Assembly (NCBI GenBank): GCA_014859165.1
Contig: JACUUT010000002.1
Coordinates: 1 to 40,603 of the forward strand
Direction: 5' to 3'
Source: Dehalococcoidia bacterium
GTDB lineage: Bacteria > Chloroflexota > Dehalococcoidia > E44-bin15
DNA length: 40,603 nt
The position numbers and the translations under genes were made by a program. The notes below the pieces were generated by a model that searched no databases, had not been told where the DNA came from, and saw only the letters and a list, made by a program, of their open reading frames with translations. This document shows positions 22,987-31,444 of this stretch, in pieces. Each line of letters opens with the position of its first letter. Position 1 is the first letter of the stretch.

Positions 22987-25450
22987 TTACCTTGCTAATA
23001 AGCTTAGGGAGTCGAAAGCCCGCGGTGCGAACCAGTTCTACCGGAAGTTTCTAATCAGGCTGTTCTTCGAGGGCTTTGCCAAAGAGGATACGGAGCGCTC
23101 CCAAGAGGTAAATCAGCTACTCGGCAAAGTACCATATCTGAATGGTGGCCTCTTCCTGCCTCACCAACTGGAATTAGCGCATGGAGAAAACATCAACATA
23201 ACTGACGCCGCTTTTGAGCAGCTATTCGCTTTCTTTGACCGCTATAGCTGGCATCTAGATTATCGCCCACTGCGGGCGGACAACGAAATCAACCCTGACA
23301 TACTGGGTTACATCTTTGAGAAGTATGTTAACCAGAAACAGATGGGGGCTTACTATACCAAAGAAGATATCACCGATTACATCTGTAAGAACACCATAAT
23401 ACCATTTCTCTTTGATAAGCTTGAGAGCATGCGTTATGACGAACTCCATCCCTTCCCCATGGAGGACATTGAGCCGTACATCTACGAAGCGGTTAAGCAG
23501 GAAGATTACCTGCTCACCGAAACGGAACGGGAATATCAGGCAAGGCGGAAGCGTTACCAGCAGATTAAGCAGGACTTTGCCGCCGGCAAAATCTCCAGCA
23601 TCAACGACTTGATAACCTATAATCTTAACATTCGTAAGTTCGCTGAAGACCGGGCACGCAATATCAAAGACCCCGTTACCCTGCGTGCCTTCTACTTCCA
23701 CTGCCTTACCAAAGTGACTGTCCTTGACCCGGCAGTGGGCAGCGGTGCCTTCCTCTTCGCTGCTCTGAATATGCTAGAGCCACTCTACGAGATATGCCTG
23801 GACAAGATGGAAGAGCTGGGCGGTACCAAGTACCCCGACTTTGCTGAAGAACTGGCCAGAATCCGCCGGCATCCTAACCGCAAGTACTTTGTGCTCAAGA
23901 GCATAATCGTCAACAACCTCTTTGGTGTGGACATTATGGAAGAGGCGGTAGAAATCTGTAAGCTGCGTCTCTTCCTGAAACTTGTCTCTCAGGTCAGTGA
24001 TGTGGACAAGATTGAGCCATTACCGGATATTGACTTCAACATACGTGCCGGGAATTCGCTTGTTGGCTATGTCAATGAAGAAGAGATAAAGAAAGCTAAG
24101 GCAACTCAGCTAGACCTCAGTGGTGCACTCAAAGGAATTGAGGACAGGATAGAAAATGCTGATTGCGCCCTAAAAGCCTTCAGGGACTTGCAGACTAGGC
24201 TTGACATACGCGCTTCAGAGGTTGCCAAAGCCAAGGCGGAGATAAAAGCCAAGCTTGCTGAGATTCAAAAAGAACTGGATAGAGACCTGGCTGCCTTCTA
24301 TGGCGCCCGTGACGTTAAGCAATTTGTGAAGACGCACCAGCCGTTCCACTGGTTTGTTGAGTTTTATGGCATCATGAAGAATGGTGGGTTTGACGTTATC
24401 ATCGGTAATCCACCATACGTAGAATACAGCAAAGTAAGAAATACGTATACTATTAATAATTCAAAGTGCCTGGAGGCTGGCAACCTATACGCTTACATCA
24501 TTGAACGCTCCCTCAATATAGAGCGCTCATATTCTCGACTGGGCATGATAATACAGCTATCTGCATTTTGTACCCCACGTATGAAACCATTTCAGGATGT
24601 TCTGTTTGGATCAACGGACCATATTCATTTGTCGTTCTTTGATGATCGCCCGGGAAAATTGTTCGACGGACTTGAACACATTAGAGTTGCTATTGTACTA
24701 GTTCGAAAAGGTACTGGTTCACCCAAAGTTGCCACAACACGCTATATTAAATTTTCCACAGAAGCTCGCCCATTTCTTTTCGACAGCATTGTCATGCAGG
24801 CTAATGACCGCCCTAGACACGGCAGCAGTGTGCTAAAGGTATCAACCGCAACCGAAAATGAAATTGTCCGAAAGCTCTGGTCGATGAAACATACTTTATC
24901 AGACTATCTTCAGGAAGCCGAGAACAAGAACTTTGTGTATTACGGCTATGGTTTTGGCTATTGGGGCAAAATATTGAACTTCAAATCCTATTTTAGGGGC
25001 GAAAAAGTAAAAGCGTCAACTGGTGATAAATACATATATTGCCAGAAACAACTAGACAGGGATGTAGTTACGGCCATCATGAATTCGTCACTCTTTTATT
25101 GGTTCTATGTTAACTACAGTGACGGGCACAACTTCACAAAGCATGTTATCGGATCATTCCCATTTGAGATACCGGATCCAATAATCACGAATGAATTGAA
25201 AGAACTTTGTTCTCGCCTTATGGTTGATCTTAAGAAAAATACTAGGCGTAAGACGGCTTATTATGCAGCAACAGGACATATCGAGTATGAAGAGTTCTAT
25301 CCAAAGCTCTCTAAATCTATCATAGATGAAATTGACTACGTTCTGGCAAAGCGTTATGGCTTCACAGATGAGGAACTGGACTTCATCATCAACTATGACA
25401 TCAAGTATCGGATGGGTAAAGAGAGCGAGGAGGACAACAATGGTGACTGA
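22922..25450 (+). CDS. N6-adenine DNA methyltransferase, Eco57I/MmeI (type IIG)-like, apparently lacking an N-terminal nuclease domain
   Basis: LDRLMFIYFIQKKGFLDGD and VPYLNGGLF helical-region motifs, motif I DPAVGSGAFLF, motif IV IIGNPPYVEY, and a C-terminal TRD ending DEELDFIINYDIKYRMG. The first in-frame ATG after the junction with the recombinase fragment is 22922; the track start 22799 overlaps the other frame. Confidence 0.8.
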   Translation: MLDRLMFIYFIQKKGFLDGDIDYLANKLRESKARGANQFYRKFLIRLFFEGFAKEDTERSQEVNQLLGKVPYLNGGLFLPHQLELAHGENINITDAAFEQLFAFFDRYSWHLDYRPLRADNEINPDILGYIFEKYVNQKQMGAYYTKEDITDYICKNTIIPFLFDKLESMRYDELHPFPMEDIEPYIYEAVKQEDYLLTETEREYQARRKRYQQIKQDFAAGKISSINDLITYNLNIRKFAEDRARNIKDPVTLRAFYFHCLTKVTVLDPAVGSGAFLFAALNMLEPLYEICLDKMEELGGTKYPDFAEELARIRRHPNRKYFVLKSIIVNNLFGVDIMEEAVEICKLRLFLKLVSQVSDVDKIEPLPDIDFNIRAGNSLVGYVNEEEIKKAKATQLDLSGALKGIEDRIENADCALKAFRDLQTRLDIRASEVAKAKAEIKAKLAEIQKELDRDLAAFYGARDVKQFVKTHQPFHWFVEFYGIMKNGGFDVIIGNPPYVEYSKVRNTYTINNSKCLEAGNLYAYIIERSLNIERSYSRLGMIIQLSAFCTPRMKPFQDVLFGSTDHIHLSFFDDRPGKLFDGLEHIRVAIVLVRKGTGSPKVATTRYIKFSTEARPFLFDSIVMQANDRPRHGSSVLKVSTATENEIVRKLWSMKHTLSDYLQEAENKNFVYYGYGFGYWGKILNFKSYFRGEKVKASTGDKYIYCQKQLDRDVVTAIMNSSLFYWFYVNYSDGHNFTKHVIGSFPFEIPDPIITNELKELCSRLMVDLKKNTRRKTAYYAATGHIEYEEFYPKLSKSIIDEIDYVLAKRYGFTDEELDFIINYDIKYRMGKESEEDNNGD

Positions 25451-27365
25451 ACAGACTGTAAGCTTTGAAGATTTTCGGAACCAGTGGCTCGAAGATATCC
25501 AAAGCGGTAGTCCATCCACCGTCGAGCTGGGCCGCCGCTTCGCTCACAAACTCCTTATCCAGTGGCTGGATATCGAGAGTGCTTCCGACGACCTTGTCTA
25601 TTGTGATGGCAGTGGTGACGGTGGCATAGATATAGCTTACCTAGATCGTGGTGAACGTGGCGATACCGGAGAAGGTGAGGAAGAGTCTGCTGTAGGCCAT
25701 ACCTGGTACATTGTTCAAAGTAAGTATGGGAAAGCCTTTCATGGTACTACCACGCTTCTTGAAGAAAGTCAGAAGGTCATAGAAAGCCTTGATGGTAGAC
25801 GCCCTAAGCTGTCCTCTCTAGCTGAGGGGCTGCTTGAACGGTTAAGCAACTTTCGCAAGCAAGCTTCTGATCGGGACAGAATCCGCCTTGTATTTGCAAC
25901 TGAATTGCCTTTGAGCGAAGAGGAAAAGCAGGTTCTAAAGGATGTTCGTGCGATGGGCCGTGAACGCCTTGGCCCTATTTTTGATGTCGAGTCTATTTCT
26001 ATAGAAACCGTCTATCGGCGTACGCTTGAAGAATTGGTGACCGGTAAAGACCGGATTCGAGTACCGATCAAGGCAAACATGGTGAAATCTGGCGAGGACG
26101 TCTTAGTAGGCACGGTGACACTCATTGACCTCTTTGAATTCCTTAAGGCTTATCGGGATCGTACAGAAGATTTAGACCAGCTTTATGAAAGGAATGTGCG
26201 GCGCTTTCTGGGTGGTCGCGGCAAAATCAATAAAGGAATCCAAGAAACACTGCGCAATGCTCCGGAGCGCTTTGGATTGTATAACAATGGAATCACAATT
26301 GTAGTGACAAATTTTGTACTCAATGGAAATGGGAATATCGAACTAATAGAGCCCTTTGTCGTTAACGGATGTCAGACAACGAAAACCATTTGGGAGATCT
26401 GCTACGAAAAACTAGAAGCTGGTGGTACGGGCACCTCACCAGAATTGGAAGAATGGCGCAAGCGAGCTGGAGAAGGAGTTGTCATAACAAAGATTGTAAG
26501 GGTGGGGGACAATGGAGAAGAACTTGAGCGAGCTATTACTCGGTACACAAATAGTCAAAATGCAGTGAGGGAAAAGGATTTCCTCGCTTTAACTACGGAC
26601 TTTAAGAGATGGGCAAGCCTTATGTCTGAAAGATATGAGGTATTTCTGGAAAGACAGCGCGGTGGCTGGGATTCGCGCCGTGCACTACAAAAACAACGCC
26701 CCGACATTAAAAAATTTACTAAGGCAGCTAATGCCTTTGACTTACTAAAGGTGTACGGCTCGGGATGGCTTGGTGAAGCTGGAACAGCGTTTGGCAAGAA
26801 TGGGCCGTTTGTTCCGAATGGAGCCATATTCAAGAAGATTATGGAACCTGTCGACGGAGAAGATGAATCGTTCGGTGTAGATGACCTTTATGCAGCTTAT
26901 CAGTTACAGTGCGCAGCAGACAAACTTGATTTTGGCAGAGGAGCTGCCAAAATTACGCGCAAACAAACGAAATTCCTTTTCTACATGATTGTAATAGACT
27001 TGCTGAAAGACGTGATGACAAGGGCAGAGATAGCAGCGACTCGAAAAAATTGCACTCGTGCGTTGCTGAAACTCTTCGACGGCAACCACGAGTCAGCGGC
27101 GCAAGCACTACCTGATGCTGCGACGGAGGTGGTAGACGGATACCTTACTTCAGGTACAGATAATTGTGTGTTTGACGAGCCTGCGTATAAGAATACTTTC
27201 AACCATGACTTGAATGCCTTTCTGAAGTGGGAGAAGCTTGGCAAGACTGAAGAGGACTGCCCCCGGTTCCGCAACTTGCTCGCAGTTAACAAGGTCGCTA
27301 TGGGACAAAAAGTAGGAGGTCAGCCATCTATGCGCGAAACCATTAGGACGGCTATTGCTTCCTAA
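25440..27365 (+). CDS. AIPR-family (abortive infection phage resistance) protein with N-terminal Mrr-like nuclease motif
   Basis: YNNGITIV...VVNGCQTT AIPR hallmark. N-terminal DGSGDGGIDIAYLD...WYIVQSKYGK. ATG 25440 is preceded by GAGGAGG and overlaps the methyltransferase stop by 11 nt. Confidence 0.8.
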   Translation: MVTEQTVSFEDFRNQWLEDIQSGSPSTVELGRRFAHKLLIQWLDIESASDDLVYCDGSGDGGIDIAYLDRGERGDTGEGEEESAVGHTWYIVQSKYGKAFHGTTTLLEESQKVIESLDGRRPKLSSLAEGLLERLSNFRKQASDRDRIRLVFATELPLSEEEKQVLKDVRAMGRERLGPIFDVESISIETVYRRTLEELVTGKDRIRVPIKANMVKSGEDVLVGTVTLIDLFEFLKAYRDRTEDLDQLYERNVRRFLGGRGKINKGIQETLRNAPERFGLYNNGITIVVTNFVLNGNGNIELIEPFVVNGCQTTKTIWEICYEKLEAGGTGTSPELEEWRKRAGEGVVITKIVRVGDNGEELERAITRYTNSQNAVREKDFLALTTDFKRWASLMSERYEVFLERQRGGWDSRRALQKQRPDIKKFTKAANAFDLLKVYGSGWLGEAGTAFGKNGPFVPNGAIFKKIMEPVDGEDESFGVDDLYAAYQLQCAADKLDFGRGAAKITRKQTKFLFYMIVIDLLKDVMTRAEIAATRKNCTRALLKLFDGNHESAAQALPDAATEVVDGYLTSGTDNCVFDEPAYKNTFNHDLNAFLKWEKLGKTEEDCPRFRNLLAVNKVAMGQKVGGQPSMRETIRTAIAS

Positions 27366-27517
27366 TTGTATGGGGCCACCTGTAAGTAAAGAGAGCATCG
27401 AATATATTCAAGAGCATTGGCCTGTAACTGTGGAAACAAGAGCGATCACACTACGCGTCAGATTGTGCAATCGATGGCCTTTGCAATCCATAAGATGCAA
27501 ATAGCGAAATACGCCTA

Positions 27518-27569
27518 GCCTTAACAAGCCGAATAGTATGATGGAAATAGGGCTCGCCTTAACGAGCCG
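27518..27569 (+). repeat. 14-nt direct repeat pair GCCTTAAC(A/G)AGCCG
   Basis: 27518-27531 and 27556-27569 are 13/14 identical. The second copy is embedded in the hairpin GGCTCG-CCTTAA-CGAGCC (27551-27568). Confidence 0.5.
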
Positions 27570-27577
27570 TAACGCTT

Positions 27578-27763
27578 ATGATAGATATATGCCTTGCGGA
27601 GACGAGATGGAACTGGCAGTATCAAGAATGGGCAGTGATAGGTGACAGAGCTGTAGTGCCTCCAGACCAGAGGGTGGCATCGGCCAGGGTCTTTGTGGGC
27701 AACCCGGCAAGGGAGCTCGGAGATTGTCGGATGAGGACAAAGAAAGTTCTACAATGGTGGTGA
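27578..27763 (+). pseudogene. 3' remnant of a hexapeptide-repeat (gamma-CA/acetyltransferase-like) gene
   Basis: AVIGDRAVVPPDQRVASARVFVGNPAREL resembles the C-terminal end of left-handed beta-helix proteins. No upstream body of the gene is present. Confidence 0.35.
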
Positions 27764-27784
27764 AGATGAAGGCCAACCTCTGAT

Positions 27785-29701
27785 CTATAGCTCTTCCAGG
27801 CCCAGCTCCCTGAGTTTCGGGGGGGTAGGTGTCCCGGTCTTCTTGTCCCAGCCCCGCTCCTCGTAGTAGTCGTCCAGTATCCGGTCTACATCCGCCTCGG
27901 TGAGAACGGTGGTCTTGTAGTAATCCATGAGGGGGAATTCGGTACCCTCGCCCTTGAGGGGGGTAAACCACACCTTGGGCGGTCGGTCATCCTTGCGCTC
28001 AAATCCTGCCCGGACGTTGAGCACCTTGAACAGGTTCCAGGCACGCTCAGCCACTTTATACAGCTCGGCGGGGGTTGTCTCCACCCCGGTGACCGCCGAG
28101 TAGAGCTCGGCAATATTCCTTACAGTGAAGAATCTGTTGATATAGAGGCGGTGGCACCTGCCCAGGCAATTTGAGAGGGAATACCAATCCTCGGTGTATT
28201 TGGTGAGCCGACCGGGGTTGAAGGAGGTAGTGGTGAAGGCCCGCTCCATTGCGTCTCCAGGAATCCCTATCTTCTCAGCCTCCCTCACCCACTGCTCAAT
28301 AGGTCTTCCCGGGTTATAGGAGGCAGAGCCTAGGCTGCCGGCGATGCCAGCGCAGCCCCCGGAGCGCGCTGGATGCACTATCTGGGCGATGTCAGGGGTC
28401 CCGAGGCCTGTTATCCTGGGATCCCCAAGAAGATAGTAGCCCTTGATGTGGACTGCATGGTCCTCTGCACCCTTACCAACCCTCCTAGCAGCACCCAGGA
28501 TGCCCTCGGCAAGCACATCGCCAAAGCCTTCCCTATAGGCTGTCATCTCTAGTAGCTTCATGTTGGTATCGAAGTCATCCACCAGTTCTATGCCACCGGT
28601 ATCCTCTTTGGTAATGATCCCCTGCTCATAGAGGTAAGCCATGAGGTCCTTCACAACGCCAAAGCAGAAGAGGCAAATCCCATATCTATTGGCGGCATCG
28701 CGGAATCTGACCGAGCGGTTGTGCTCCTCGAGAGCGCTCTCACCACCCTGTCCACTGAAGCCAAAGTGTGTCATGTAGGTTGTCATGCCGGCAAAGGGGC
28801 CTTCGCTTAGCCGGTTAAGCTCCTTGTCGGCCATGGGGCAACTGGCACAGGCGATAGGTTTTCGCACCCTGTTGTGTATCTCCCTCACATCGTGGCCTGG
28901 GGCGAAGCTAATCTCAGTATAGTTTTGGGAAATCTTAGCCGTTACCGCTGTCCAACTGGCGGTCATAGCCAGAAGGCCACCCTGGATCAGGGTGGGGCGC
29001 AGGCGGTAGTTCATGATGCTATCGAGCATCTCGTCCACCACCTTCCGCAGCTTGAGACGGTGGGCAACCCTTACCCCCCTTGTCCCTTGGACGGCGACAA
29101 TGGCCTTAAGTCTCTTGGAGCCCATCACCGCAGGAAGGCCACCCGAGCCCAGAGTGCCCCCCTTATCGATGGCGGTAACCGAAACCTTCACTAGGTTCTC
29201 CCCTGCCTGGCCTATGGGGATCACGCTGCAAGGATCATAGCGCTCTCTTAGCTCGTCAACCGTCTCGAAAGTATCCCTCCCCCAGAGGCCGCCGGCATCG
29301 CATAGCTCCACATCGTCATCAAGGATCTTGAGGTACACGGGCTTTTCGGCACGACCGCTGATGACCACATGGTCGTAGCCAGAGGTTTTGAGCATAAGGG
29401 CGAAATTCCCTCCCCCACAGGCGGTGGCGAAGGAACCATTAAGGGGAAATTTGCTGGTGACAAGTAGCTCTGCAGACCCGGGAACTATCGTGCCCGAGAA
29501 GGGACCGGTGCCGATTAGGATCGCATTCTCGGGGGAAAGGGGGTCGGCATCGGGGGGGATGAGGTCATAGGCCAGCCTGTTGTTGATCCCCCAGCCGCCG
29601 ATAAGGGCTCTCACCATTTCAGGGTCGAGGGGCTCCTTCCTTATCTGGCCGCTGGTCAGGTCGACGTAAAGGATGCTTCCAGCGTATCCGGGGATCTCCA
29701 T
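27785..29701 (-). CDS. aldehyde:ferredoxin oxidoreductase family protein (paralog 1)
   Basis: 638 aa. AOR N-terminal domain (YAGSILYVDLTSG...GGWGIN...GTGPFSGT) plus the C-terminal AOR domain. Confidence 0.9.
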   Translation of the reverse strand: MEIPGYAGSILYVDLTSGQIRKEPLDPEMVRALIGGWGINNRLAYDLIPPDADPLSPENAILIGTGPFSGTIVPGSAELLVTSKFPLNGSFATACGGGNFALMLKTSGYDHVVISGRAEKPVYLKILDDDVELCDAGGLWGRDTFETVDELRERYDPCSVIPIGQAGENLVKVSVTAIDKGGTLGSGGLPAVMGSKRLKAIVAVQGTRGVRVAHRLKLRKVVDEMLDSIMNYRLRPTLIQGGLLAMTASWTAVTAKISQNYTEISFAPGHDVREIHNRVRKPIACASCPMADKELNRLSEGPFAGMTTYMTHFGFSGQGGESALEEHNRSVRFRDAANRYGICLFCFGVVKDLMAYLYEQGIITKEDTGGIELVDDFDTNMKLLEMTAYREGFGDVLAEGILGAARRVGKGAEDHAVHIKGYYLLGDPRITGLGTPDIAQIVHPARSGGCAGIAGSLGSASYNPGRPIEQWVREAEKIGIPGDAMERAFTTTSFNPGRLTKYTEDWYSLSNCLGRCHRLYINRFFTVRNIAELYSAVTGVETTPAELYKVAERAWNLFKVLNVRAGFERKDDRPPKVWFTPLKGEGTEFPLMDYYKTTVLTEADVDRILDDYYEERGWDKKTGTPTPPKLRELGLEEL

Positions 29702-29725
29702 TTCAGGCAGCCACCCTTTTCTCCT

Positions 29726-30769
29726 TCAGCTATAGCGCCCGTATTGGCGACCAAACTCCAGGAAATGCTTGACATTTTCGATAGGTGCATTATCGGGGAC
29801 CTGACACCCGGAGCACAATATATATTTATATCCATTCGGTTCGGCGGCGGTATCGATGCACTCCTTTACCTTCTCGTCGATCTGATCTTTTGTCCCTATA
29901 ACATATAGCTCCGTTGGGAAATTCCCCTCAATTACGATCCTCCCTTGGGAGATCTCAACCAGCCTTTTGAGAGAAGAGGGGTCATCGATGCTCATCCCAT
30001 CTATCCCCAGCGAGACGAGGTCCTCCATGATGGGATCGGTGTAGCCGCAGATGTGGAGGAAAATCGGTGTTTCCCTCTGGCGCTTAAAGTGAGTGACGGT
30101 CTCCTCAAGGTAGGGTTTGGCCCATTCTCTAAACATCTTGGGAGATATTACACTGCTGCCTGCGTTTGGGTCAGCAACGGTTAGTAATCCTATCCCTGTT
30201 TCTAGCAGGGCATCGCCAACCATCTTGGCAAACTCGGTGGTGAAGCGAAGCAGATCATGGGCGAACTGAGGGTCATCTTTAGTGTCAAAAATGAAGTTTT
30301 CCATGCCTCTCAGCATCATCGCCGCTGTCCACGGGGAGATAGTAAAAGCATCAATTATCACATCGGGGAGTACTGAAATAGCCTTTTCACAGATCTCTAA
30401 GTGGTAAAGAAGACGCTCGTACTGCTTAGGTTCACGGAGTTCAATTTTGGCGAAGGTTGATTTGTCCCCCAAGAGGGGTTTCCCCCTCATGCCAAGGGCT
30501 TTGAGCTCCTCGAAGGAAAGCCCGACAATATTAGCGAACAAAGCATCATCTCCAACTAATATCACTATCGCATCTGAAGGAACGACTTCCTGTAGCGCAA
30601 CCATGGCCTTTATATACTTGTCAGGCTCGGTTCGCACCTCCTTGCCAGTGACGCCAGCAAGCTCCAGAGCGGGCTTTAAGGTTTGCATAGCCCTTACCGG
30701 AATCCTATCGGTAGCTTCACCCCCGAAGACAGCAGCCATGTGATCTTTTCCGCTGTATTGCCTCTCCAT
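29726..30769 (-). CDS. URO-D family methyltransferase (MtaA/CmuA-like, candidate substrate:corrinoid MT-I)
   Basis: 347 aa, uroporphyrinogen decarboxylase-fold pattern with LHICGY and LCSGCQVP putative Zn ligands. Confidence 0.8.
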   Translation of the reverse strand: MERQYSGKDHMAAVFGGEATDRIPVRAMQTLKPALELAGVTGKEVRTEPDKYIKAMVALQEVVPSDAIVILVGDDALFANIVGLSFEELKALGMRGKPLLGDKSTFAKIELREPKQYERLLYHLEICEKAISVLPDVIIDAFTISPWTAAMMLRGMENFIFDTKDDPQFAHDLLRFTTEFAKMVGDALLETGIGLLTVADPNAGSSVISPKMFREWAKPYLEETVTHFKRQRETPIFLHICGYTDPIMEDLVSLGIDGMSIDDPSSLKRLVEISQGRIVIEGNFPTELYVIGTKDQIDEKVKECIDTAAEPNGYKYILCSGCQVPDNAPIENVKHFLEFGRQYGRYS

Positions 30770-30793
30770 AAGACACCTCCTTCGATTTTGGCC

Positions 30794-31432
30794 TTAGCTC
30801 AACCCCAATAGCTCCTTTGCCTTGTCCACACCAGAGGCGGCATCGGGGGCATAGCCATCGGCACCGATCTTATCGGCGTAGCTTTGGGTTACTATTGCGC
30901 CGCCAATCATGGTCTTTATCTGACCCTTTAGGCCCGCTGCCTCGAAAGCCTCGATGGTGGTTTGCATCATGGGCATTGAGGTGCCGAGGAGGGCGGACAT
31001 GCCGACCAACCGGGCCCCCTGTTCCTTGGCGGCATCGATGAATTGCTGCGGCGAGACGCTGACCCCGAGATCGATGACCTCGAAGCCAGCCCCCTTGAGC
31101 ATTATCGCCACCAGGTTCTTCCCGATGTCGTGCACATCCCCCTGTACCGTTCCCAGAATTACCTTCCCTTTCAGCTTCGCGCCGGCACTAAGCAGCAGCG
31201 GCTCCAATACCTCCATCCCGGCTTTCATCGCTCTGGCGGAAAAGAGCACCTCAGGAAGATATATCTCCTTCCGCTTGAACCGTTCCCCCACCACCATCAT
31301 GCCTGCAATCAGCCCATCATCCAGTATCTTTTCTATCCCTATCCCCTTATCTACGGCTGCTTGGGTCAGCTCCCTCACCTTATCAGCTTGTCCCTCGATT
31401 AAATTCTCCCCTATCTCTTCAAGCTCACTCAT
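30794..31432 (-). CDS. corrinoid (B12-binding) protein
   Basis: 212 aa. N-terminal helical cap plus a Rossmann domain with the GDVHDIGKNLV (DxHxxG) motif. Confidence 0.9.
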   Translation of the reverse strand: MSELEEIGENLIEGQADKVRELTQAAVDKGIGIEKILDDGLIAGMMVVGERFKRKEIYLPEVLFSARAMKAGMEVLEPLLLSAGAKLKGKVILGTVQGDVHDIGKNLVAIMLKGAGFEVIDLGVSVSPQQFIDAAKEQGARLVGMSALLGTSMPMMQTTIEAFEAAGLKGQIKTMIGGAIVTQSYADKIGADGYAPDAASGVDKAKELLGLS

Positions 31433-31444
31433 CTCTGCCTCCTT

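Larger units (their letters stand above)
19660..27640. mobile_element. integrated large-serine-recombinase element with defence-type cargo (boundaries approximate)
   Basis: It starts directly after the tRNA-Ala 3' CCA with the LSR gene at its edge. The region looks more AT-rich than its flanks by eye (not computed). The right edge is inferred from a gene remnant at 27578-27763. Confidence 0.5.

Noticed and set aside
25326-25439. 5' extension of the AIPR ORF (track start 25326)
   Set aside because: It lies inside the methyltransferase C-terminal coding region in another frame. ATG 25440 has a strong SD and begins the AIPR-like sequence.
27371-27514. 47-aa ORF (MGPPVSKESIEYIQEHWP...) after the AIPR gene
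   Set aside because: It has no SD and no recognisable family, and it lies in the presumed scar region. It is possibly another gene fragment but cannot be supported.
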